This document shows, in pieces, positions 13,360-24,035 of a stretch of DNA of 64,000 bases (position 1 is its first letter; each line of letters opens with the position of its first letter). Source of the stretch: Lama guanicoe (taxonomy: Eukaryota); contig MU053629.1 in assembly GCA_013239625.1 (NCBI GenBank), forward strand, positions 3,995,567-4,059,566, in the 5' to 3' direction. Both the position numbers and the translations under genes were made by a program. The notes below the pieces were generated by a model. It ran no database searches, was not told where the DNA came from, and was given only the letters and a program-made list of their open reading frames with translations.

Positions 13360-13695
13360 CAGGGCCAGGACTAGGGAGAGGCGAATAAGACACCAGCTTC
13401 AGGCACCAAGTTTAAGGGGCAGCAAAAAACGAAATGATCAAGACAAATGGTATTTAGGGGGAGGGTACAGCTCAGTGGTAGAGCGCATGCTTAGCATGCA
13501 CGAGGTCCTGGGTTCAATCCCCAGTGCCTCCATTAAAGAAAAGATAAATAATATTTTAATGCTATATGTATTTTAAAAATCAAAATTAATTCAAAAGCCC
13601 CAATGAGCAAAACATCCAAATTTTAAATACAGACAGGGTCAATATTATCAATTTTCTTTCTGTCTTAGGCTGAAGCGTGACTTGGCATAGCCCTG
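13360..13695 (+). mobile_element. MER96B-like hAT MITE nested in the hAT fossil
   Basis: Termini cagggc...gccctg; imperfect 8-bp TSD tatggcag (13352-13359) / catagcag (13696-13703). Confidence 0.75.
13457..13540 (+). mobile_element. tRNA-Ala(AGC)-derived SINE, short form
   Basis: ggggagggtacagctcagtggtagagcgcatgcttagcatgcacgaggtcctgggttcaatccccagtgcctcca plus A-rich tail; imperfect TSD aagacaaatggtattt / aagataaataatattt. Confidence 0.9.
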
Positions 13696-14689
13696 CATAG
13701 CAGTATGTTTCCTCTTTTGGCTGTTATCAGTCAAATTTTTTAAGTGTTTGAGCCTTTGAAGAATTACTTTGTGAATCACTGTAAGTGTTTACAGTGGCAT
13801 TGAACATTTTGTCAATGAATCCTCTCAATTTTGTTCAAAAGCAATTGAAAATCAGAGTGTTCAACAAGTATGCCAGAATAAACTTGAACTGTTACCAAAT
13901 TTAAGGTACTGTAAACAAAGGTCTCAGCAAGTTTCACTTATTTCACATGAGAAAACATTTTTATTTATCCTTCAAAAGCAAAGGAGTTGCTGAAGAAATT
14001 AAGTAATGACAGTACGTATGGTGGCCAAGATTTAATTTAGAGATTCTCCAGCTTTTCTTTGGAATGCCTCGATTGGGAAAGAGTTTTTTGATGGAGTGCC
14101 TAGCTTAAATTGGAAACATTTATGTTTTGTACTTGGATTGAAGGGAAGACAAAGTCTTCTGACCTTGCAGCATTTACAATTGGCAAAATGTTAAAAAGAA
14201 TTATAAAGTCAATTTATTTAAGGGTTTTGTCTTCTTATTTATTAAAGAAAGGAATTCTAAATGAAAGTAAAAATACAGAACCTTCTACATGGAAGTTAAG
14301 AAATACAGCACCTGTGAAAAATATTGGGGCTGAAATAGTGAACCATTCCTATCCAAAGAAATTAGAATTGAGAATATTCTCCAGTCAGCAGCATTTGCTC
14401 TGAGCTTATCAGGTACCTCTGCAGAAAAACTAAATTCTTATTAAGAATATTATGGTCTATAGAGAAAAGTCCATGAAGGGTGTCAACAATTTCCACTTTA
14501 TTAATCATAAAATGTAACTTTGAAGACAGTTGTATGCAACTCTTTGAGGGGAAAAAAAGAGACCATGTTCTTAAAAACACATATTCTTTAGAAAAATACC
14601 ATTGACACGATATTAGAAACAGATACGGCTAAGAGATTGAATGAATATATACCAAAATTATTATTCTTTTTATGTTACTTAAAAATTTT

Positions 14690-14995
14690 TTTTCTTGTTA
14701 TTTTATTTTATTTGTTTATTTTAATTGAAGTATAGTTGATTTACAATGTTGTGTTAGTTTCTGGTGTACAGCACAGTGATTCAATTCATACTCTTTTTCA
14801 TTATAAGTTATTACAAGCTATTGACTATAGTTCCCTGTGCTGTAGTAGGACCTTCTGTTTTTCTGTTCTGTATATAGTAGTTTGTATCTGCTAATCCCAA
14901 ACTCCTAATTTATCTCTCCCACTTTGGTAACCATAAGTTTGCTTTCTATGTCTGTGAGTCTGTTTCTGTTTTGTAAGTAAATTCATCTGTGTTTT
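14690..14995 (-). mobile_element. Young L1 3'UTR fragment
   Basis: ttgaagtatagttgatttacaatgttgtgttagtttctggtgtacagc...ggtaaccataagtttgctttctatgtctgtgagtctg; antisense counterpart of 5300-5600. Confidence 0.9.
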
Positions 14996-15084
14996 TATGT
15001 TTCTTTTAATACTCAGATAAAACACACAAAAGTTTTTAAAAATTTAATGTACATATTAAATTACAATTTAATACGTTACTGTAA

Positions 15085-16400
15085 AAATAAACTGTTAATT
15101 TTAGAATAGCTTTAGATTTACAGAGAAAATTCCAAAAGCTCCATACCCAGCTTCCCCTATTACTAACAGCTTACGTTAGTACGGTATGCTTGTTATAACG
15201 AATCAGCTGATACTGATACTTTCTCGTTAACCGAAGTCCATACTTTATTGTTTACAGATTTCCTTAATTTTTACTGACTGTCTTTTTTTCTGTTCCAGGA
15301 TCCCATCCAGGATATCTTACTACATTTAGTTGTCTTGTCTCTTCAGACTCTTCTTGCCTGTAACAGCCTCTCAGGGTTTTCTTGTTTTTGGTGTCTGCGA
15401 CAGTTTTGAGGAGTTCTGGTCGGGGTACCTGTCTGTTGGACTTACTGTCTGCTGTTTTTCTTATGATTGGCCGCTGGTTATGAGTTTTAGGGAGGAAGAC
15501 CTCGGAGGTAAAGTGCCATTCTCATCACACCAGAATAAAGATCCGTACTATTTTTAAAAAAATATTTCTATTGAAGTATAGTCAGCTTACAATGTTTTGT
15601 CAATTTCTGGTGTACAGCACAGTGCTTCAGTCATATAGGAACATACGTATATTCGTTTTCATATTCTTTTTCACAAGTTACTAGAAGATATTGAATATAG
15701 TTCTCTGTGCTCTACAGCATAAACTTGTTTATCTATTTTATGTATATTAGTATCTGTAAATCTCGAACTCCCAATTTATCCCTTCCCACCCCCTCCCCCA
15801 ACCCCGGTAACCATAGTTTGTTCTCTATGTCTGTGAGTCTGTTTCTGTTTTGTAAATAAGTTTGTCTTTTTTTTTTTTTGTCTTTTTCTTTTTAGATTCC
15901 ACATTTAAGTGATACCATATGGTATTTTCCTTTGTCTTTCTGGCTTACTTCCCTTAGAATGACATTCTCATGCTATCGACATTGCTTAGCACTGTTGACA
16001 TGGCCCTTGATCACCTGGCTGACGTAGTGTCTGTCAGGTTTCTCCCCTGTAAAGTTGCTCTTTTTCCCCCCTTCCCATCCTGCAGTCTTTGGAAGGAACT
16101 CACTATGCACAGCCCACACTTAACTCTTGGGGGCTTATATTCATTCCCTTCCTCGAGGAGGGAGTATCTACATAAACTATTTGGAATTCTTTTGTATCAG
16201 AGACTTGTCTTGTCTCCCTCATGTCTCCCTATTTATTCAATCTTTAATTTATAGCACCATGGACCCCTGAATATATGTTTTGTACTTTGGGTTATAAGCT
16301 GATAACGTCTTTATTTGATTGCTTAAATTGTTTCAGCCCTGACCATTCTTTTGGTTGGCTCCTGTGTCTTTCAGACATAGCCCTCATTGTGTTGTTTTCA
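15085..16400 (-). mobile_element. L1MC4-like 3' end, interrupted
   Basis: ccatacccagcttcccctattactaaca...ctgttccaggatcccatccaggata...gtcaggtttctcccctgtaaagtt resemble the recalled L1MC4 3'UTR. Confidence 0.75.
15551..15968 (-). mobile_element. Young L1 3' end nested in the L1MC4-like element
   Basis: Near-antisense copy of 19080-19470 (ttagattccacat...tttctggcttacttcccttagaatgacattctc). Confidence 0.9.
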
Positions 16401-17844
16401 TGGGAAAACGTTTGGATTGTAGCATTTTAGACAGCATGGCAATTATATTTTATACACTGACGTATTTTTAAGGAAGGAAAATTAAGTGTAAGAAAATCTC
16501 CAATCTAAGATTTTATCCTTAACCTTGACAGTGGTAGGGGACCAATCCCTTAGGCTAGTCCCCTCTCTAGGGCCTGGGGCCCATGGCCCAAGGAGGCTGA
16601 CACATGTCACCAAGGTTCTGGGACTACCCTCAGGTTCAGCAAGCCCCGCGTTGGCCCTTTGGCTGGCCACAGTCCCTGTGGGAGCCCTGCAGGGCCAGCC
16701 CTAGAAGGCTCTGAGCGGTCATTGAGTGTACCTCCCCAAATCTGGAGATGAGGGGCTGAGGCCCAGAGGGAGCAAGTTTCTTCCTCAGCGTCACAGGATC
16801 CAGGCCAGGTCTTCCCCAAACCATCCATTACACTGTGAAACTCACACTGAAACTGACAGAGGCCCAGCTCCAAACCTGGGCCTCTTCCTCCCCTCCCCAG
16901 GGCAAGGGGGAGTTCTAGAGGAGAACTCTCAGGAGAGCCCGGCCTAGGTTTGCTTGGAATGGATCAGCAGTCACAGCCCCACCCAGGCATTCCCTTCCCG
17001 GGAACAGGGGGCAGTGTTACTGTTAGGGCCCGCACCCCAATCCTAGCACCCCTCCTCATTTGCTTCAGGGCCTTGGGCAAGTCACATCACCTTTCTGAGC
17101 TTCAGATGCCTTAACTGCACGTACAGGTAGTAATAATGCCTCCCTGTGAGGTCGGCATGAGGGTTAAAGGCTCTAACGTGTAAAATGTTTAGCATCCTGA
17201 AGTGGAAGGTAAGTTGCACACAAACAATAGCTTGTTACTGCATGTTTTATTTTGACTGATAAACGCTTTCCAAGGGGCACCTCAGTTTTTAAAGTAAATG
17301 ATGAGAGCATGAAGGCAGATGGACTGGCAGTATGTAAAACCCCCAAATCCAGCCAAACTAGGATGAGGGAGGCTGGTTGTGCCAGAAATGTGACCAAATG
17401 TCACCCTGTGAATTCAGGTGATAAACCTGCCGCAGGTTTGCTGGGGGGAGCCCATGAAAGCTCAATCGAACCGAGTGACTGCTGGGGGAGTCTGGGGCCG
17501 CCTTCCCACCCAGGACATCTATGTCTTTAGCAGGAGCCCTGGGCACTGCTGGCACTGCCCTGCCCCAGCACGGGGCTACCCAGCCCACCCCTCCTCCCTG
17601 GTCCCAGCTGGGAGGGAAAAGCGACCTCGCTGGCTGCCGCTGGACTGTGAAAGGAGGCTTTGAGGGGACAGCAGCAGATGGCAGCTGCGTGCTTGGCTGT
17701 GTGCATGGAGGAGCCTTAGTTACCAAGCGCCCAGCTCTACGGGCTCTGCATACACCCATGTATGCACAGGCGTGCTTCTGGGCACGGGCATCCACATGCC
17801 CTCACCCTCCCTACATGTGCCTCCATGCACACACACTAACACGT

Positions 17845-18235
17845 GTGTGGGAGGAATAATGACCCCCAAAGATGCCCACATCCTAACTGCAAAACCTGCA
17901 AATATGTTACCTTATGTGGCGAAAAGAGACTTTGCAGATGTGATTAAGGATATTGAGATAGGGAGGCTATCCTGGCTTGTCCAGGTGGACCTAATATAAC
18001 CCAAAGGGTCCTTATAAAGGAAAGAAGGAGGCAGGGGAGAGAGAGACTTGATGTTGGCTTTGGAGATGGAGGAAGAGGCCACAAGCCAAGGAGTGCAGGC
18101 AGCCTCTGGAAGCTGAAAGAGACAAGGAAACAGATTCTCCTCTCCCGAGGGACATAGCCCTACCAACCCATTCTGGACTTCTGGCCTCCAGGACTGTAAA
18201 ATAATTAATTTGTTGTTGGCTCAGGCCACTATGGT
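17845..18235 (+). mobile_element. MLT1D-type MaLR LTR
   Basis: aataatgacccccaaagatgcccacatcctaa...gactttgcagatgtgattaagga...ggacttctggcctccaggactgtaa. Confidence 0.85.
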
Positions 18236-18552
18236 TTAAACCATTAAATGTTTTAATACACCTTTTATATTCAGCATCCAGATCAAGAATGTTGCCAGCA
18301 CCCCCAAAACATCAGATATTCTCAGATCACCTTCCTGATTTTTGCCTCATCCATATACCACTGCATGCCACCTTTGGGATTTTTCTTACTATTATTTACT
18401 TAACATTTTTTCTTTAAATATTTGTACCTATACTTAAGCGGATCTATTTCAAAAGAAACTTTCTATCACTTTGTTGAAAGCTAAAAACCATTATAATGAC
18501 CCTTTGTTTATGGCAAGTATTGTATTTGAAGGCAAGTATAAAATTAATTGTG

Positions 18553-19473
18553 GATATATGCCCAGGAGTGGGATTGCTGGATCATACAGTAAGTCTGTTT
18601 TTAGTCTTTTGAGGAATCTTCATGCTGTTTTCCACAGTGGCTGCACCAAACTGCATTCCCACCAACAGTGTAGGAGGGTTCCTTTTTCTCCATGCCCTCT
18701 CCAGCTTTTATCACTTCTGGACTTTTAAATGATGGCCATTCTGACTGGTGTGAGGTGATACCTCCTTGTAGTTTTGATTTGCATTTCTCTGATAATTAGT
18801 GATACTAAGCATTTTTTCATGTGCCTGTTGGCCATTTGTATGTCTTGACTGGACATATATCCAGAGGGAACCTTAATTCAAACAGACACCTGCACCCCAA
18901 TATTCATAGCAGCACCATGTACAATAGCCAAGCCATGGAAACAACCTAAATGTCCATTGACAGATGACTGGATAAACAAGTTGTAGTATATTTATACAAT
19001 GGAATACTACTCAGCCATAAAAAAGAATAAAATAATAAAAAAGAATAATGCTATTTGCAGCAACATGGACGGCCCTGGAGAATGTCATTCTAAGTGAAGT
19101 AAGCCAGAAAGAGAAAGAAAAATACCATATGATATCACTCACATGTGGAATCTAAAAAAAAAAAGGCAAATGAACTTATGTATAAAACAGAAACAGACTC
19201 ACAGACGTAGAAAACAAACTTATGGTTACTGGGGGAAGGGGGTGGAAAGGGATAAATTGGGAGTTTGAGATTTATAGATACTGACTGGTATATATAAAAT
19301 AGATAAACAAGTTTATACTGTATAGCACAGACAATTATATTCAATATCTTGTAGTAGCTTATGGAGAAAAAGAATATAAAAATGAATATACGTATATTCG
19401 TATATGACTGAAGCAATGTGCTGTACGCCAGAAACTGGCACAACATTGTGAACTGACTATACTTCAATTAAAA
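18553..19473 (+). mobile_element. Young L1 with 5' inversion (twin priming) and 13-bp TSD
   Basis: 18553-18846 is antisense ORF2 and 18850-19473 is sense ORF2 end/3'UTR/A-tail; TSD aaaattaattgtg at 18540-18552 and 19474-19486. Confidence 0.92.
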
Positions 19474-19874
19474 AAAATTAATTGTGACTCAATTCCAGCT
19501 AGACCCTCCGACCTGCTGTGGGCTCTGGACCTCAGGGCTGCCCCTTCTTTACTAAAAAGGGTGGTTAGCAGGAGGATTTAGGAGGGATTAAGGGCTGACA
19601 CACACCAAGCCCAGGCTTTCACTTGTATCCAGTCGTAATGATGGAAAGATACATGGAAAAGAACTTTAGATAATTCCATTTAATGCCAAGTCTGTGTCTC
19701 CCTCCACCTCCCCCCTTTGTATCCTAGGCCACCAACATTTACCCCCACCTCATGAAAGAGCAGGTGGCTAGTTTCTGACTCCTCTTGGAATAACCTGCAA
19801 CTCGCTAGCTGTGCAAGCCCAGATGGGTGACTTAACCTCTCTGAGCCATGGTTTCTTCACCAGCAAAGAACAAA

Positions 19875-20461
19875 CAGCCAATTCTTATTATTCATGGTAC
19901 TCATGTTCTGTAAAGTAGCTGGGAACACTGAGTTAGCAAATACTGAGCCATTATTCTTAGGGAAAATACAAGATTAGGTTTCTGCGAGCCTCTGGTCACA
20001 TTTTTGTCAGTTAATCAATACGTAACTTTGTTTTATGTGTATTTCTGTTCAGATGCCTTATTTAATACAGGTTGTTGATTCAAAACGAACACACCGATTC
20101 TAACAGAACTGTTTGTGAGACACATCACAGCCTTCTGACACTCAGGAACACTAGAAAGCACTCCAGCACTATGCTTGGGGCTATTTAAAATAACAAAATC
20201 ACCAATAAAAAGTGCAAAAAATGGGAGGAGCGCAGCACTAAGCGAACGTCAGAGAGGACACTCGTTAACAGCGCGAGCTGGAACAGGAAGGCGGAGCGCC
20301 GCCTTGCTGGACTGACGGGAGCGGGGACTGTGCCCGTGGGGCCGCTCTGCGCGTGCCCTTAATGACCTTGAGCCCGAGGTAAGGGCTGATGGCAGGTTAG
20401 GTACATCTCACGGAGCAGGCGCACTGGCAAATGCGGATCCGTGAACAGGGAGGGACGGAGC
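19875..20461 (+). mobile_element. MER82-like Tigger MITE inserted into a MIR
   Basis: Start cagccaattcttattattcatggtactcatgttctgtaaag...gaacactgagttagcaaatactga matches the recalled MER82; degenerate right TIR at about 20439-20461; MIR halves flank it. Confidence 0.8.
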
Positions 20462-21954
20462 GTGGCACCAGCCTCTCTGGATCATCGCCAGGGTCAACAA
20501 GATAATAGACGGGCGCCCTTCAGCAGCTTCCCCATGATGGGTCCTCAGCCCGGGTAGTCTTAACAGCTCTTGTTCTGCTGCTCGCTGGTTCTGCGGCTTT
20601 AGCTCATTAGACCCTCAGAGCAGCGAGGTACCCGCTTCCAAAACGGGGTACCCTGACGCTGAGCGACAGGCTGTCGTGGAAGCCCAGCACCGAGCTGGTG
20701 CTCAGTGCCTCTCTGGACCTGGGTTGAATTTCCTGCAGCACCTTTAGGTCAGCCTGAGCAGCCTACGGGTATGCCTGATCTGTGCCAGTGGGTGGTGGAA
20801 GATACCCTGGGAAGGTGGGGTGGGCTGGGCCCCGAGCGTGAGGGCTTCCTTATATTCTGTGCTCCGGGCATCTCCCGCCTCAACCTGCTGCCAGCCCTGG
20901 CACCCACCTGGAAGGGCGGTCTGGAAAGGCAGGTTGGGGCCACGTGGTGGAGGAAAGCTGGGCACAGGCGGATTTTATGTTGAGGGTGGTGGAGCTGGGG
21001 AGCTTTGTGGAGCAAGCTTGTGATCAGGATGGAGCTGGTATTCAGAAGGCAGCTCTGGTGGTAGCACTTGGGAGGGAGGCTGGAAACAAGGCTGGGGGAG
21101 CCTGCCTGGTGGGTGAGAAAGGCTGAGAGAAGGCAGCCCCTGCTGTCTCATGGGTCTTTCAAAGCCTCCTCTTTCTCCTTGTGCGGCTATTTCCCCCAGG
21201 GCCCCTTGACTGGGCGGGACAGAGTGATCATTGTAGACACGGCTCCTCCCCCTGGGGCTTCATCCACTGAAAATGCCAAGCTTGCAGGCCTCCCCAGTGC
21301 TTATCAGCCATTCCTGTTGGCTAGTTTTTTCTTTAAGAAAAATGGTCCCCAAAGGGGGTGGCTGGGTAAAGTTTCACCAGCACTGCTTGCCAGCCAGACC
21401 CAGAAGTGTGCCGGGGTCTCCGTCCAAAGTCTCCCACTGCAGGTGTACATGGGCCCACATACGTGCCCCTGAGGGCACACACGTACGTGCGCACCTGTCA
21501 ACACTGTCAGACGGATTCGTGGTGTATCACACACACAAGAACGCCATGTGCCACACCCACAGGCTGACACAAGATGCAACATTGCTTCAGGGCTTTGGGG
21601 TCAGCTCTGCAATTTATTCGGGAGTTAACCTTCCCCAGCTTCAGTTTTCTCATCTGTAAAATGGGGAACAATAATAGAATTTTCATTAATTCTATCAGAT
21701 GTCTTTTGCAAAGGTCGAATGAGATCGTCCGTGAACAGTGCTAAACATGGGGGCTGGCACGTGCTAAGCGTGCCGTCAGTGATCGCTGGTATTTCTTGTT
21801 ACTGATGGTAAGGATGTAGCCATACAGACCAGCTCCACAGACATCCTCCTTCTCAGACTCCTGAATCTCTGCTTCTCACTCTTTTATAAGCTCTGTGTGG
21901 GGAAGGGCTTAAGGGGAGTGCCATACAGTTATCTAAGCAGATTTTGACTGCTTC

Positions 21955-21975
21955 CTCTTTTTTTCTTTTTCTTTT

Positions 21976-22012
<37 letters not shown>

Positions 22013-22120
22013 GGTAATTAGGTTTATTATTTATCTGTATTTTAGAGGAGGTACTGAGGATTGAACCCAGAACCTTGTGCTTGCTAAGCACACACTCTAC
22101 CACTGATCTGTACCCTCCCC
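21955..22120 (-). mobile_element. tRNA-derived SINE with a (TG)n microsatellite in its tail
   Basis: ggtaattaggtttatt...gaggtactgaggattgaacccagaaccttgtgcttgctaagcacacactctaccactga; (tg)n at 21981-22008. Confidence 0.9.
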
Positions 22121-23391
22121 CTGAGCACAGTGGTCTGTTGGTTTCTCACTTCGGAAATGGTGTATCTGTCATGTTAGGGGGTGAGTGCAAACTTCCATGA
22201 TAAAAGCCTGCAGAGAGAGGAGAGAGAAGCAGAGCTAAGAGATGAAGAGGAAGACTGGAGGGTGACCAGTTCCTGGTTTCAGCCCTTCCTGAAGCTGCAT
22301 CTCCTTGGGCCCCTCCTAATCCACATTCACAGCCTTCCAGCAAATTCCCCTTTCTGATTAAGCATCTTTAGTGCAGCCCAAACCAGGCCAATGCCAGGTG
22401 AATGAGACGTGACTCCTCTCTTCTTAGAATTCAGCCCAGGGTAGGGATAGGCAGGCGGGCAGGCCAGGACAGACCCCTGCGGAAGTGCTGAGGTGGGAGA
22501 GCGAACTGGAGCTAGCTTGGATGGGGGGAAAAAGGGGTTTCTCCACGGCAATGACCTCTGAGGTGAGGAAGGGGTGCGAAGGCGGCAGCCATGGGAGGGG
22601 ACACAGCTCGTCAGACACTGAAAGAGCCTGGCATGGTGTACACAGAGCATCTTTATACGGATCACAAAGGTTAACAGTCCCTGCTGCTTCACCGCCCCCG
22701 TGCCTTTCTGCTCCCGTGGGCAGGGGCCAGGGTTAGGACAGCCCTGCCTTCTCCTCCAGGAGATTCCAGGAAGCACTCAGGACCTAGAACCCCAGGCTGA
22801 GGTGGTGCTGGGCCAGCCACCTGAGGCGGTGGAAAGGAGGAGGAGAGGAGGCGCTTGGGTCCTCAGCGGAGGCAGTGAGGACACGGGGACCTGGCTCTGG
22901 AGGCCACAGAAGGCTTCCCGAGTCGGGGCTGAGGGGAGGACTGGAGGCTGGCAGAGGGAGCTGACAGCCAGTGGGGGAGCACATGGCAGAGCTGGGACTG
23001 CGGGACAAATGAGGGGGACTCGGGGTGGGGGTGCTTTCTGGGCACTGAGGGCGTCTGGTTGGGTGCACTGCATTGGGGAGTCATGGAAGGCACTGGGGAC
23101 CCGGGGGAGCTTTGATGGCCTCCTGCATGTCCCCAGTGACACACCCCAGGTCTGTGCGCCTAATCTTAATTTAAAAATACTTAAATCTACATTTTAGAGA
23201 CAGAAGGAGGGAGAAGGAGAGTGATGACTTCATGGCAGACACTGCCCCAGGTGCCTAGCACCATCTCCTTTCATTGTTTCAGCCATCCTGGGAGGTACGT
23301 ACTCAATTTATTCTCATTTTTCAGATGAAGGAATCAAGATTCAGAGAGGTGGTGCCACATGCCAAGGCCACACAGGCAGTGTGCAGAGAGC

Positions 23392-24035
23392 CAAACTCTG
23401 ACAGCAGGTAATTGCAGCGAAGTGAAGGTTTATTCGCAGGGCAGCAAGCAAGGAGAAAAGGCAGCGCATGCTGCAAAGACCTGAATGAACTCCTCCATGG
23501 CTTTCAGGCAAGAGTTTTTAAAGACCGTGTGAGGGGAGAGGGTCACAGGATGCATGATCAGCTCGTGGACCTTCTCATTGGCTGGTGGCAGGGGTGATAT
23601 TTCAAGAATCTCAACCTTCTGGTCCCAGGCAGCCTGAGGTCTAGGGCTTGTGCTCGGCATGGAGTCACCATCCTCCACCTGGGTGGGGGTCTTAGTTTCT
23701 ATAGAGCAGCTCAGAGGTACGCCCCGGATTGTTATCTGTATCCCTTCAGGACGAACTAGGAGTCCTGCGACTCTGTCGTCCTAACCATTAACTGCTTGAA
23801 CCTGCTCTTTGGAAGTCATTTCAGCCTAGGAGAATAAAGCCTTTTTCCTACAATCGAGAAATGGGGGGACACGGAAGGGCTTTTGAGCTCAGGAGGGCTC
23901 CAATGGTGGGTTTATATCCCCTCTTCTCTTTGCTACTCCCCATTCCTATGGGCAACAGGGGCAGGACAAGAAAGAGAATAAAGCCTGGAGAGAAAGATTA
24001 ATCATAAACTCAGTAGGGGAACTTGGTTTCAAAGT
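23392..24035 (-). mobile_element. ERV1-type solo LTR (MER34-like), inserted next to or into a MIR
   Basis: Antisense AATAAA (tttatt, about 23428) followed by caagcaaggagaa...ggctttcaggcaagagtttttaaagac typical of ERV1 LTRs; subfamily uncertain. Confidence 0.65.

Larger units (their letters stand above)
12900..15075 (+). mobile_element. Fossil hAT transposase (BLACKJACK-like), disrupted
   Basis: Manual translation: 12963 GVHSGEGETSDSVANSPANSLKKFSIEDRILCAY; 13708 FPLLAVISQIF*VFEPLKNYFVNHCKC; 14370 ENILQSAAFALSLSGTSA; 14447 ILWSIEKSP*RVSTISTLLIIKCNF (hAT C-terminal dimerisation-like); stops and frameshifts throughout. Confidence 0.8.

Noticed and set aside
13461..13532. Functional tRNA-Ala gene
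   Set aside because: Sits inside a MITE with an A-rich tail and TSD, has stem mismatches, and has three diverged relatives in the window; a SINE
12900..14600. Domesticated transposase gene
   Set aside because: In-frame stops, frameshifts and nested insertions
21455..21495. Hairpin gtgccc-ctga-gggcac in a purine-pyrimidine alternating stretch
   Set aside because: Stem is too short and is expected by chance in CA/TG-rich DNA
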